A DNA stretch of 64,000 bases from Bacteroidota bacterium (GCA_036477295.1 JAZGDE010000046.1:13135-77134), one strand, 5' to 3'. Shown: positions 1-10,065, counted from the first letter of the stretch. Program-made: numbers and translations. Notes: a model not told the origin generated them from the letters alone.

Positions 1-841
1 TATGTGCCTTGCCGGCGCGCTCGAGAACAACGCGCTCCATCTCCTCCGCGGTCACAACGTCAACGCGCTCGACGCTGCGGGGCGTTGCAAGTTGGACGGG
101 TCCGCTGATCAATGTCACGTCCGCACCCCGCAACGCTGCAGCGCGCGCAATCGCGAACCCCATCTTGCCTGAAGACCGATTGCTGATAAATCGCACGGGG
201 TCGATCGGCTCCCGGGTAGGTCCTGCCGTGACAACAACGTTCTTGCCGGTGAGGTCACGATGTGTCTTCTGCAAAATCTTCTCGAGAAATTCGACGATGA
301 GACCCAGTTCGGCCAGGCGCCCTGGACCCTCAAGTCCGCTCGCAAGAAAACCCTCCCCAGGAGGGATAATAAAATATCCCAACTCTCTTGATTTCGAGAG
401 GTTTGCCTGGGTAGTCGGATGATTCCACATATCGAGGTCCATGGAGGGCGCAAGAATCAATGGACAACGGAGGGCAAGGACAGTCGTCGTCAGAGCGTTG
501 TCGGCGATGCCGTAGACAAGTTTTGCCAGTGTGTTGGCCGAGGCCGGCGCGATGACCATGGCATCAGCCCATAACCCGAGGTCGATGTGCCGCACGCCCA
601 GGTCTGTGCTGCTCGACGTATCCACCGGCCAGAGATCAACCATGACTTCATTCTGGGACAGCGTGGAGAACGTTAGAGGTGTAACGAACTCCGTGGCTGA
701 GCGCGTCATGATGACCCGGACGGATGCACCTTTCCGACGGAGTTCCCGAACAAGATAGCACGCTTTGTAGGCAGCGATGCCACCGGTCACTCCGAGCACG
801 ATGTTCCTCTTTTGCAATACAGTTGAACCCTCAGATGCCAT
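1..841 (-). CDS. coaBC: Bifunctional phosphopantothenoylcysteine decarboxylase/phosphopantothenate-cysteine ligase CoaBC, N-terminal part (continues past window start)
   Basis: Manual minus-strand translation from ATG at 841: [26 protein letters not shown]... flavoprotein N-domain and CoaB Rossmann motifs. The frame stays open to position 1, so it is absent from the ORF track. Lies downstream of rpoZ, the conserved gmk-rpoZ-coaBC order. Confidence 0.85.
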   Translation of the reverse strand, partial: MASEGSTVLQKRNIVLGVTGGIAAYKACYLVRELRRKGASVRVIMTRSATEFVTPLTFSTLSQNEVMVDLWPVDTSSSTDLGVRHIDLGLWADAMVIAPASANTLAKLVYGIADNALTTTVLALRCPLILAPSMDLDMWNHPTTQANLSKSRELGYFIIPPGEGFLASGLEGPGRLAELGLIVEFLEKILQKTHRDLTGKNVVVTAGPTREPIDPVRFISNRSSGKMGFAIARAAALRGADVTLISGPVQLATPRSVERVDVVTAEEMERVVLERAGKAH

Positions 842-916
842 GATGAAGCCATCCCTTCGGGACATGTTACGCGACGAGCAGTTCGAACGACCAACCAATC
901 GCGGCCTAGTCGCGGT

Positions 917-1228
917 CTACTCCTCGAGCGTCCCTTCCGGCTCCTTGTACCAAGACCGAGTCTTGCCCTTGACCATCTCGTCCAGAGCTATTGCCGTCGG
1001 CTTCGGACGCTTCTCGAACTCGACGCTGATCTTCACCTGGTCGGGATTCGTGTCCGTTTCCTCCTCCGTTGCCTCGGTGCTCACGCTGATCTGCTCCAGG
1101 CGCTGATTGAACTCAATCTTCAGTTCCTCATTGATCTGCCGGGCACGCTTCGATATGACGACGATAGCTTCATAGATGTCCTCGGCTTTGCCTTCGAGCA
1201 ACTTTAATTCTATCGGTCGGACAGTCAT
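917..1228 (-). CDS. rpoZ: DNA-directed RNA polymerase subunit omega
   Basis: 103 aa. AIVVISKRARQINEE motif typical of RpoZ. ATGA overlap with gmk. Confidence 0.85.
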   Translation of the reverse strand: MTVRPIELKLLEGKAEDIYEAIVVISKRARQINEELKIEFNQRLEQISVSTEATEEETDTNPDQVKISVEFEKRPKPTAIALDEMVKGKTRSWYKEPEGTLEE

Positions 1229-1848
1229 TGTGTTGTTGTTCCTCCTTGTCCCACCTTCAGTGGGATCGTTTTGGTTGGATGCTTCCTGTTCGTCTCGCGA
1301 CGAATGATTTCGTCTACCTCATCGATCGCTTGTTCGAGTCGGTTATTCACCACGGTGAAATCGTAAGACTTCTCCTTTTCCATCTCCATCGGCATGCGTT
1401 CGAATCGCCGCCGCAAATCTTCCTCTGAATCCGTCCCGCGATCCCGGAGTCGTTTCATCGCCACCTCGATGCTCGGTGGCGCGATAAAGATGAGGAGAGA
1501 ATCATCCGGATATTTTTCCTTGATCGACAGTCCTCCCTTCACATCAACATCGAAAAGGAGGAACTTGCCCTCCCTCAGCGCTTTCTCAACGACGCGCTTG
1601 AGCGTCCCGTAGTAGTACCCATAAATCTCCTCCCACTCTACAAGCTCGCCGTTCTTGATCTTCTCCTGAAATTCCTGTTTGCTTAGGAAATAGTAATCCG
1701 ATCCCTCCACCTCACCATTCCGCTGCCGGCGGGTAGTCGCGGAGACGGACAACTCTATCTTCGGATTCCGCGCGAGCGTTGCTTTAGCGATCGTGGTTTT
1801 GCCACATCCACTGGGAGCAGAAATTACGATAAGTTTGCCGCCCGGCAT
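1225..1848 (-). CDS. gmk: Guanylate kinase
   Basis: 207 aa. P-loop ISAPSGCGKTT and guanylate kinase core (ATTRRQRNGEVEGSDYYF). Confidence 0.9.
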   Translation of the reverse strand: MPGGKLIVISAPSGCGKTTIAKATLARNPKIELSVSATTRRQRNGEVEGSDYYFLSKQEFQEKIKNGELVEWEEIYGYYYGTLKRVVEKALREGKFLLFDVDVKGGLSIKEKYPDDSLLIFIAPPSIEVAMKRLRDRGTDSEEDLRRRFERMPMEMEKEKSYDFTVVNNRLEQAIDEVDEIIRRETNRKHPTKTIPLKVGQGGTTTQ

Positions 1849-1964
1849 TCGACAAATACTTTACTTGTTCGCCATGCTCTGATTTGGAGGGAACCACCCG
1901 AGGATCGTTCCCATCCTCGCACGTGCGATCGCCCCGGCTGCGTCGGGACGGCCGGAGCACGCCG

Positions 1965-2843
1965 TCACTCAATATTCTGCAGCTGCTCGCGAACTCTCTC
2001 AAGCTCTTCTTTCATCTGAACGACAAGGTGAGCTATCGCTGCGTCACTCGCCTTCGAGCCAATCGTGTTCACCTCACGATTCATTTCCTGGACGAGGAAG
2101 TTCAGCTTCCGGCCTGCAGCTTCATCGTTCCGCAACGCCTCGAGGAAAAACTTGTTGTGGCTCCGGAGGCGCACACACTCCTCCGTGACGTCGAGCTTCT
2201 CCGCAAGCAGCGCAATCTCCAGCTCCAACCGCTGCTCATCCACCTCCCCATTTTCAAGGATTTGCCTCACCCGCTCCCTCATCCGGTTACGCTCTTCCGG
2301 AATTCGCCCCTTCGAGAGCACTTCGATCTGGTCGATGGTCTCGCCGAGTTGACGGATACGCACCTCGAGATCTTTCCTCAGTTCTTCTCCCTCATTCAGG
2401 CGCATACGAACCATCTCGTCGAGAGTCCGGCTGGTCGCTTTTTCCACAACGGACCACTCTCTCTCATCGCTGACGTCAGCCTCATCGACTTCCAGCACTT
2501 CAGAGAATCTCAGCAAGTGTTCAAGCTTGACTTTTTCCTTCAGCTTCACCGCCTTCCGCAGGTCGTTGAGCAGTCTGTAGTATGTCCGCGCTGCCGCTGC
2601 GTTGATCTTGAGCGGTGTGTCCGTCATCGATTCACGCTTGACAGTTATGACCACGTTGACCTTGCCACGCGCAATTTTCTTACGGACGACTTCCTTGACG
2701 TCATTCTCTCGTGCTGCGAGAGTGCGCGGCAGTCGCGCCGTGACCTCTAGAAAACGACTGTTGACACTCCGAATCTCTACGGTCGCGGTGATCTCCTCCC
2801 CGCTGACCTCACCGTGTCCGTATCCGGTCATGCTCGAAATCAT
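1965..2843 (-). CDS. yicC: YicC family stress-induced protein
   Basis: 292 aa. N-terminal MTGYGHGE motif and YicC-like coiled C-terminal region. Sits upstream of gmk as in many bacteria. Confidence 0.85.
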   Translation of the reverse strand: MISSMTGYGHGEVSGEEITATVEIRSVNSRFLEVTARLPRTLAARENDVKEVVRKKIARGKVNVVITVKRESMTDTPLKINAAAARTYYRLLNDLRKAVKLKEKVKLEHLLRFSEVLEVDEADVSDEREWSVVEKATSRTLDEMVRMRLNEGEELRKDLEVRIRQLGETIDQIEVLSKGRIPEERNRMRERVRQILENGEVDEQRLELEIALLAEKLDVTEECVRLRSHNKFFLEALRNDEAAGRKLNFLVQEMNREVNTIGSKASDAAIAHLVVQMKEELERVREQLQNIE

Positions 2844-2922
2844 ACAGTCTCACTGCTCCGGAAAAATCCACCTTTTAAGGTACAAAAAAAACACAGCCCA
2901 GTCAAGGACACGAATACACCTC

Positions 2923-2945
2923 TTGTGCACACCTTTGTGCACACC
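2923..2945. promoter_or_regulatory. Candidate operator: two copies of the perfect palindrome TGTGCACA (as direct repeats TTGTGCACACC) in the divergent yicC/rqcH promoter region
   Basis: Sequence cttgtgcacacctttgtgcacacc read directly. TGTGCACA is its own reverse complement. The two sites are 12 bp apart centre to centre. Confidence 0.35.
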
Positions 2946-3015
2946 CCGCGCTCCCCAATGTTTACTTTCATCTCAGTTTTTCATACATTGTTTATAAGTC
3001 GCTCACCGCAACGCA

Positions 3016-4691
3016 TGATCACCAGTTACTACACTCTCCAGGCACTCGCCCAAGAATTCGACCAATCGCTTCGCCGCGCAACGATCCGGGAAATTTTCAC
3101 GCAGCAGAAGAACGAGCTTCTCATCTCACTCGAAGCCCGATCGAATGCGTGGACGCTGACCGCTTCGACGGATCCCCGCATGAATTATGTCTTCCTTCGT
3201 GACCCCGTCGCCCGTGCGAAGAGGAATTCCGTCGATATTTTTCCCGCGCTCTTCGGAAAGGAAGTTGTGAAAGTGTGGGTACACCGAAACGATCGTATTC
3301 TGCAGATTAACGTGCAAGATTCCGGATCGATCTGCCTTCAACTGTTTGGAAACCCCGCAAACATTCTCCTCGTGAACGAGGACGGTGTGATCGTGGACGC
3401 GTTCAAGAAATCGAAAGACGTTGTCGGAAAACGGCTTGTCGTCGCACAACCGAACACCCATTTGGACCTCCTCGAGAGTGAAACTCGGTTCGCGGAGGTG
3501 CTGCAGTCACATGCTTCAAACACCGCCTTCGCTGCGATGAAGTCGGCCATTCCGACGCTCGGGTCAACGCTCAGTAGGGAAATTTTTCACCGTGCGCACG
3601 TCGACGAAAAACAACAGCTTACAGCTCTCGATGAAAAGCAAATGAAAATAATCTTGTCTCAGCTACGTGCACTTTCCGAAGAACTACGCTCACCCTCCCC
3701 GGTGATCTACTTCCGCGAGAGACATCCCCGAGCGTTCTCCCTCGTCCCGCTTCAGCACATGGCTGGATCCATGAGCCAAGCCTACCGGACAGTCAACGAG
3801 GCCGTGCGGACCTTCGTCATCGCCACGTTTCGCGTCGAAAGTGTCGAACGGGAGAAAAATGTCCTCCTCAAGGTCATAAAGAGGGAGCTCGACAAGTCTC
3901 AGCGCTCCCTCCAGGCGCTGACGAAAGAACTCCTTGAGCACAATCGAGCAGCCGAGTACGAGAGGATCGCGAACATCATCATGGGAAACTTGCAGCACCT
4001 AACCAAGGGAACAAAGGCGGTCGATCTTCCAGACTTGTACCCCGCGAAGAGGCGCGTGCGAATCACGATGGACCCGAAACTCACCCCCGCGCAGAATGCG
4101 AAACGATACTTTGACAAGGTGAAAAAGGTACGGCATGCACTCCAGCAAGCGGGTGAACGGTCGGAAAACCTCAAGTCGAAAATTGCCATCCTTGAGAAAT
4201 TGCAGCTCCACCTCGATTACTGCAACACCAAAGAACAGCTGAAGGAATTCCAGGACCAGCATCGGGACGAACTCCTCGCGCTGAATATGATCAAACTGGA
4301 CAAACCACAAGAGGACCTGCCGTTCCGCGTGTTTACTCTGAACGGTGGGTTCAAAGTCTGGGTAGGCAAGAGTAGCGAACAGAATGACCTGCTGACGATG
4401 AAGTACGCAAAGCCCAACGATTTTTGGTTCCACGCCCGGGGAGCTGGCGGCTCCCATGTCGTCTTGAAGGTGGGATCGGGGAAAGGAGAACCTGGCAAAA
4501 TCGCGAAGCAGCAGGCGGCAAGCATCGCTGCCTACTACAGCAAGATGAAAAACGCAAAACACGTTCCGGTGGCGTATTGTGAGCGCAAATTCGTTCGGAA
4601 ACCGAAAGGCGCTAACCCGGGAAGCGTTGTGCTCGAACGCGAGAAGGTCATTTTCGTCGAACCGCGGCTGCCGCCGGTGTCCGGGGCATAA
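3016..4691 (+). CDS. rqcH: NFACT-family RNA-binding protein (FbpA/RqcH-like, Rqc2 homolog, ribosome quality control)
   Basis: The ORF-track ORF starts at 2814; start placed at 3016 because MITSYYTLQALAQEFD resembles FbpA/RqcH N-termini. C-terminal NFACT-R-like region (NGGFKVWVGKSSEQND...HARGAGGSHVVL). Confidence 0.8.
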
Positions 4692-4738
4692 GAACAACAT
4701 CCTCTTGCACGTTGATTCATCCGTAGAGAGGCGTTGCC

Positions 4739-5539
4739 ATGATCTTCAAACAATACATGCACGACCAGGGAGGCTGTCTTTCCTACTTGATGGGGTGCAC
4801 GCGAACGGATGTTTGTTGTGTCGTGGATCCCCAGCTCGACATCCAACCGTACCTCACCAGCGCCTCGTCCAAAAACCTCACCATCACCCACGTCTTTGAA
4901 ACACACACGCAGGCGGACCATCTCTCTGGGGCGAGAAAGCTCGCTGACGCAACAGGGGCTGCAGTGTATTCTCACAAATCAGTCCAAGCCGCATTCCCGT
5001 TCGTCCCTGTCAGCGAAGGTGACGAACTGATGGTCGGAAACGTCAAAATTACAGTCCTCCACACGCCCGGTCACACTCCCGACAGCGTGTGCTTTCTCGT
5101 GGCGGACACCACACGCTCAGTACACCCATGGATTGTTCTGACAGGTGATACATTGTTCGTCGGTGATACCGGTCGACCTGACTTGGATGGAAGTGCGGAG
5201 GACTTGTACGATAGTCTCTATCAAAGATTGATGAAGCTTGACGATGCGATCGAGATTTTCCCCAGCCATTTTGCCGCTTCCGTGTGCGGTCGAGCGCTCA
5301 GCCCGAAACCGAGCTCCACAGTCGCGTTTGAACGGCGATTCAACCCTTCACTTCAATTTCCGTCAAGGGCTGAGTTTGTGCAGTTCGTGATCCAGAGTCT
5401 ACCCGTCCAACCGCCGCGATTTCACAAGGTCCGGCAGTTTAACCTCGGATTTCTCCAGGAGCCGCCCATCGATAAGACGTTCGATGAGAATTCCTTGCAA
5501 ATCACCGTCGAAGAACTTAAACTTCCGATAAATCGCTAA
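4739..5539 (+). CDS. MBL-fold metallo-hydrolase (glyoxalase II / persulfide dioxygenase-like)
   Basis: 266 aa. HxHxDH motif (HTQADH), later HTPGHT and GDTLF. Confidence 0.65.
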   Translation: MIFKQYMHDQGGCLSYLMGCTRTDVCCVVDPQLDIQPYLTSASSKNLTITHVFETHTQADHLSGARKLADATGAAVYSHKSVQAAFPFVPVSEGDELMVGNVKITVLHTPGHTPDSVCFLVADTTRSVHPWIVLTGDTLFVGDTGRPDLDGSAEDLYDSLYQRLMKLDDAIEIFPSHFAASVCGRALSPKPSSTVAFERRFNPSLQFPSRAEFVQFVIQSLPVQPPRFHKVRQFNLGFLQEPPIDKTFDENSLQITVEELKLPINR

Positions 5540-5551
5540 GGAGACTCCTGA

Positions 5552-6766
5552 ATGAAACGAACAAACCACTTGCCTCGCCCTGTATCCATCGCCACCAAGG
5601 CAATACACGGGACGAGGATGTACCCCCACCGCGGGCCTGTCTCATTCCCCATCTATCAGACTTCGACGTTCCGATTTGAGACCTCCGAGGACGCAATTCG
5701 ACATGCAGAGGGGGATGAATCGGTGTATGTGTACACCAGGTACCACAATCCGACGACGCAAGACGTCGAGGAAAAGCTCGCTCTGATGGAAGATGGAGAA
5801 GCCGCAGCGATCTTTTCGTCGGGAATGGCTGCAATCACGACAGCAATTCTCACGGCGGTCAAGAGCGGGGAAGAACTCGTCAGCACCCCCTCGCTTTATG
5901 GCGGCACGTATCGGTTTTTTCGGGATGTTCTCCCGAATCACCAGATCTGCGTGCGCTATGTGGACCCAGACCACTTGGAAGAACTAGAATCCCTCATCAC
6001 GAAAAAGACACGTCTCGTTTACTTTGAAACGCCGACAAATCCCACGCTGAATCTCATCGACATCGAGCAGCTCGTCCGCCTGACCCAGATGATGCGGAAG
6101 CGGCTTGGCATTCCACTCCTGACGATGATCGATAATACATTCGCGACAACGCTCAATCAGTGTCCCTTTGATTTTGGAGTCGATGCCGTGGTGGAGAGTG
6201 CAACGAAATACCTCGGCGGCCACAGCGATATCATCGCTGGGGTGGTAGTTGGTAGGAGAGATTTTACCAAGAGAGTAAAAACGAGTGCGAAGTACTACGG
6301 CGGCTGCGCTGACCCGTTCGCTTCCTATCTTCTCTTGCGAAGCCTCAAAACGTTTGAGCTTCGCGTTGAACGCCAGAACGAAAACGCCTTGGCACTGGCA
6401 GGCTTCTTCGAAAAGCACCCGAAGGTGAAGCATGTCCTCTATCCCGGACTTCCCTCCCATCCGAAACACCAGCTGGCCAGGAAGCAGATGAGGAACGGAT
6501 TCGGGGGGATCGTCACGATCGAATTGAAGGGTGGGGTGAAAGCTGCTGTGAAGGTGTGCAATCGCCTCCGCATCGCGATCAATGCGATGTCGCTCGGGGG
6601 CGTCGAAACGCTCGTGAGCATTCCCGTGTATTCATCCCATGTCAAGATGACTCCTGACGAGCTGCAACGTCACGGCGTCACACCGGGGATGCTGAGGATT
6701 TCCGTTGGCGTTGAAGCGGTAGAGGACTTGATGGCGGATTTTGAGGAGGCATTGAGATTCGTCTAG
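5552..6766 (+). CDS. Cys/Met metabolism PLP-dependent enzyme (cystathionine gamma-synthase/beta-lyase or methionine gamma-lyase family)
   Basis: 404 aa. Characteristic YTRYHNPT, SATKYLGGHSD (PLP lysine region), ISVGVE near the C-terminus. Confidence 0.8.
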   Translation: MKRTNHLPRPVSIATKAIHGTRMYPHRGPVSFPIYQTSTFRFETSEDAIRHAEGDESVYVYTRYHNPTTQDVEEKLALMEDGEAAAIFSSGMAAITTAILTAVKSGEELVSTPSLYGGTYRFFRDVLPNHQICVRYVDPDHLEELESLITKKTRLVYFETPTNPTLNLIDIEQLVRLTQMMRKRLGIPLLTMIDNTFATTLNQCPFDFGVDAVVESATKYLGGHSDIIAGVVVGRRDFTKRVKTSAKYYGGCADPFASYLLLRSLKTFELRVERQNENALALAGFFEKHPKVKHVLYPGLPSHPKHQLARKQMRNGFGGIVTIELKGGVKAAVKVCNRLRIAINAMSLGGVETLVSIPVYSSHVKMTPDELQRHGVTPGMLRISVGVEAVEDLMADFEEALRFV

Positions 6767-6871
6767 AACTGCCGCGGCTGTCGAGGGATGTCCACTCACT
6801 GAGACAGCAGAAGCCCATGCGCTTTACTTAAAACCGCATCCCTTGCAGACAACCGGAAGGCATGGAGAATC

Positions 6872-7411
6872 ATGCAGGTCGGAACTCTGGCGAATTCTCT
6901 CTGGGAGGAAAACAAATTCTGGGTACTCGCGCGGTCACGAAATCTCTACTATGACATCGCCGCAACTCTCGCAGACAAAACGTACGATCAGACATATCGC
7001 CTCCTCGAGCTAGCTTCGGCAATCCCAGAGTACAATTTCCAGCATGCAGCCGACCAGGTATGGGGATGTCTTCAAGAGATTGTAGGGGAAAAGGAGAGAC
7101 AAGAGTGGGATGTTCTCGAAGATATTGGAGACATCCTTACGAAGAAAGAATTTCTCTGGCAGCTCATCTTGCGGTACCGGGTCGTGTACCTGCTGAACTG
7201 TAGGCTCTTTTTTGACATCAACCCGTTTGACCGATTTGTCTTCGCGGCCGGCAGCCAGAAGAAGCTTTATCTGTGGAATAGAATTCGGGTGATGGAGATC
7301 GACGTCCAGCACCTCATCAAAAAATCCGGCCGCCTACACGATCCGAACTACCTTTTAACCATTCTCGTCAACGGTCATCTCTACCCAAACCCGAAACTGG
7401 AAACTCGGTGA
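6872..7411 (+). CDS. Hypothetical protein, no recognisable family
   Basis: 179 aa. Codon usage looks coding. No motif I can assign. Lies in the same small inter-operon gap as the DUF559 gene. Confidence 0.45.
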   Translation: MQVGTLANSLWEENKFWVLARSRNLYYDIAATLADKTYDQTYRLLELASAIPEYNFQHAADQVWGCLQEIVGEKERQEWDVLEDIGDILTKKEFLWQLILRYRVVYLLNCRLFFDINPFDRFVFAAGSQKKLYLWNRIRVMEIDVQHLIKKSGRLHDPNYLLTILVNGHLYPNPKLETR

Positions 7412-7450
7412 CGGACCTCTCCCCGCGCGGGAGCATGGAGAAGTGCGCTG

Positions 7451-7535
7451 CTCTCACCCCGGCCGCTCAACACCACAAACCCCTCTCTCGAAAACGAGAG
7501 AGGGATGATTAACAATCACAGTGCCGAGGTGGGAG
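7451..7535. repeat. 85-bp structured repeat element, copy A (terminal inverted ends ctctcacc/ggtgggag, internal hairpin cctctctcgaaaacgagagagg)
   Basis: First 52 nt differ at 1 position from copy B at 8000. Lies immediately 3' of the DUF559 gene stop. On the minus-strand RNA the hairpin is followed by GGUUUGUGGUGU. Confidence 0.6.
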
Positions 7536-7536
7536 G

Positions 7537-7932
7537 CTATTCAAGGACTGATTGTCGTTTAAATGACAGAATTTTTTCAAGCACGCCCTTGAGATCCTCG
7601 CTCACCGCATCGTTCTTGACCCTCAAAACTCGAAGATCTCTCTTTTGGATCTCTGCGAAGCGTCCGTCGTCATAGGACTTCTGCTCGCGATCATCATGGA
7701 CGCTTCCTTCGAGCCCGATGACGAGCCTATGCTCTGCACAGTAAAAATCCACAATATATCTTCCGATCGGATGTTGACGGAGAAAGCGGAGTCCACCAAG
7801 TTTTCGATTTCTGAGCTCCTCCCACAACAGCTTCTCTGCAGGGGTTAACCGTTTTCTCAGATCACGCGCGATCTCTCTGATTTTTCGTGGATCGGTGCCC
7901 ATTGTGCATCGGATGAGGGGGAACAGCTCCAC
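7537..7932 (-). CDS. DUF559 endonuclease-fold (Vsr-like) domain protein
   Basis: Matches the YcjD/DUF559 pattern: LTPAEKLLWEELRNRKLGGLRFLRQHPIGRYIVDFYC...RVLRV. An alternative start is at M11 (position 7902). Confidence 0.8.
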   Translation of the reverse strand: MELFPLIRCTMGTDPRKIREIARDLRKRLTPAEKLLWEELRNRKLGGLRFLRQHPIGRYIVDFYCAEHRLVIGLEGSVHDDREQKSYDDGRFAEIQKRDLRVLRVKNDAVSEDLKGVLEKILSFKRQSVLE

Positions 7933-7998
7933 GAACGTAGGAAGTCAGTATCTCAATGTCAACATTCGACTGTAAACAGACTTGGGAATGAGGTTGAA

Positions 7999-8085
7999 CC
8001 TCTCACCCCGGCCGCTCGACACCACAAACCCCTCTCTCGAAAACGAGAGAGGAGTAATCGACGATCACAACGCTCGGGTGAGAGG
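7999..8085. repeat. 85-bp structured repeat element, copy B (perfect 10-bp terminal inverted repeat cctctcaccc/gggtgagagg, same internal hairpin)
   Basis: Direct-orientation copy of the 7451 element, immediately 3' of the MDR oxidoreductase stop (8086). Confidence 0.6.
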
Positions 8086-9120
8086 TCATTCCCCAACCCG
8101 AAGTACTATCTTGCCGAAATGCTTTCTCTCTTCCATCCGGCTCTGGGCTTCAGCAGCCTGAGCGAGAGGAAACACCGAATCGACGACTGGCTTGAGTTGT
8201 CGTGACGGAAAAAAACTCAGGACGCGGATCAGCTCAGATGTTTTCCCCATGTACGAACCGTAAACTGTGAGGTGACGGGAGAATATATATCGGAGGTCCG
8301 CTGAAACGATTCCACCCGCCGTCACCCCGCAGGTTACCATTCGACCCTTCCGCCGAAGGAGCGCAACGCTCTTCTCGAACACCACGCCGCCGATGTGTTC
8401 GATCACGATGTCCACCCCCTGCTTCGCGGTAAGTCGACGCACTTCAGCCACGAAATCCGTGGTGCGGTAGTTCACCGTTTCATCCGCACCGAGTTGCTTT
8501 GCTTTCTCGAGTTTCTCGTCGCTCCCGGCAGTCGTGATGATGCGGGCACTGAACATCTTCGCGATTTGAATCGCTGCGCTTCCCACGCCGCTTCCCGCAC
8601 CATGGACCAACACACATTCCCCCGTCTGCACCTTCGCCAATCCAACCAGCATATGCCAGGCCGTCAGGAAAACGAGAGGTACCGCGGCTGCCTCCTCGAA
8701 GCTGAGTCCTTCCGGAATCGGAAGAACATTTGATGCGGGAACTTTAACGAACTCCGCATAGGTACCGTGCTCTTTCATACCGAGAACGTGGTATGTCGAA
8801 CAGACATTGTCATCGCCTGCCCGGCAGGCAGAGCAAGTCCCGCAGCTCAGGCCAGGAGAGATCAGCACACGATCACCGACCTTCACGTTGCTGACTCCGA
8901 TACCGATTTCCGAGACAATTCCGGAACCGTCTGACCCCGGGATGTGCGGAAGCGGAGTGGGCCAGTTGGGGATGCCCCGGCGAATCCAGAGATCAAGGTG
9001 GTTGAGCGCTGCCGCTTTAAGCTTGACGAGGACCTCGTTTGGACCGAACGTGGGAGTGGGCACCTCACCGTACTTCAGAACTTCAGGGCCACCATGTTGT
9101 TGAAAAAGGATCGCTTTCAT
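8086..9120 (-). CDS. Zinc-binding medium-chain dehydrogenase/reductase (quinone oxidoreductase / alcohol dehydrogenase family)
   Basis: 344 aa. GroES-like N-domain with Cys cluster CGTCSAC, Rossmann VHGAGSGVGSAAIQ. Confidence 0.8.
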   Translation of the reverse strand: MKAILFQQHGGPEVLKYGEVPTPTFGPNEVLVKLKAAALNHLDLWIRRGIPNWPTPLPHIPGSDGSGIVSEIGIGVSNVKVGDRVLISPGLSCGTCSACRAGDDNVCSTYHVLGMKEHGTYAEFVKVPASNVLPIPEGLSFEEAAAVPLVFLTAWHMLVGLAKVQTGECVLVHGAGSGVGSAAIQIAKMFSARIITTAGSDEKLEKAKQLGADETVNYRTTDFVAEVRRLTAKQGVDIVIEHIGGVVFEKSVALLRRKGRMVTCGVTAGGIVSADLRYIFSRHLTVYGSYMGKTSELIRVLSFFPSRQLKPVVDSVFPLAQAAEAQSRMEERKHFGKIVLRVGE

Positions 9121-9525
9121 GGAGATCTTCTTCTCTCAAATCCTCAATCGTCTCATGAATCCTCAACGTTACCTCGCCGAGGTTTCCACACACATCAGTT
9201 GCCGAGAATCTCAGGAACCGAATTCCAAGTTCCTCTCAGATGCTCCGTTGTAAATGCGAGTCATTTTGGCAACCTCCCCTCCTTACTAAGGATGGGAAAT
9301 CTCGAGGCGTACCTTGTCCCCCTTGATAAGGGGGACTTCGGGACAGGCCTTCACGCGAAAACGGCAGACAGGCATTCATCAGAGACCTCTTGGACAGCAG
9401 TTACAACATACACAAAATCAATGAACGATCCGCAATGAAAATACGAGCGGTGAGGGTCGGCCAGCACGCTGCACGAGGCCTTTGAGAAATGATGGTGCTC
9501 GCAGGAGTATCTTAAAGTGCGAGTC

Positions 9526-10065
9526 CTACGTTGAGCCGATGTAGAGAGTTCCGGTGTGGACTTTGATCCCAAGCAGTTTCAAATAGAGGAACAGCTGCTC
9601 CTTGTGAATCAGCTGATGCTCCACCATGTGGATACAGAGTCTCCAGATTTTCTGACGGCCAATCATCGGTGAATCCAATTCTTTGTTCCGAAATTCATCC
9701 TCCGTAAGATGCCGGATGGTCTCGATCACCCTCCGCTTGGACTCCTCCAGAATCTCAACCGCCTTCTTGCCAGTTATAGGTTCCGTTCGCCGATTGCGCA
9801 AAAAAATTTCGCGCATCGAGCGAACACCCCAATCGCCCGTGCCAAATCCCCGTGCGTACAGACCAAGTGAGAGGGCAAGATGATGGAGAAGTCGCCCGAG
9901 CGTGAACATACCCTCCACCGGTGCATAGTCGAGTTTGTCGTCTGGCGCCAGCTTCATGAGTGCTTCACAAGGACGGAGCACCCAATCCAGGTACTCAAGA
10001 AATTCTTGCTTTGTCACAGGGAGTGCCTCCGATGGCAAAGTCCCGATGGGGACTTCGTCCATCAC
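9526..10065 (-). CDS. DinB/YfiT-like (DinB_2 superfamily) metal-dependent protein
   Basis: 179 aa, four-helix DinB-like pattern with conserved His residues (HHLALSL, HMVEHQLIH). Confidence 0.6.
   Translation of the reverse strand: MMDEVPIGTLPSEALPVTKQEFLEYLDWVLRPCEALMKLAPDDKLDYAPVEGMFTLGRLLHHLALSLGLYARGFGTGDWGVRSMREIFLRNRRTEPITGKKAVEILEESKRRVIETIRHLTEDEFRNKELDSPMIGRQKIWRLCIHMVEHQLIHKEQLFLYLKLLGIKVHTGTLYIGST

Noticed and set aside
1884-2750. 288-aa plus-strand ORF
   Set aside because: Entirely antisense to the well-supported yicC gene. Low-complexity, Arg/Leu/Ser-rich translation typical of a GC-rich antisense frame.
3999-4700. 233-aa minus-strand ORF inside rqcH
   Set aside because: Antisense to a conserved NFACT-family gene. 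No motifs.
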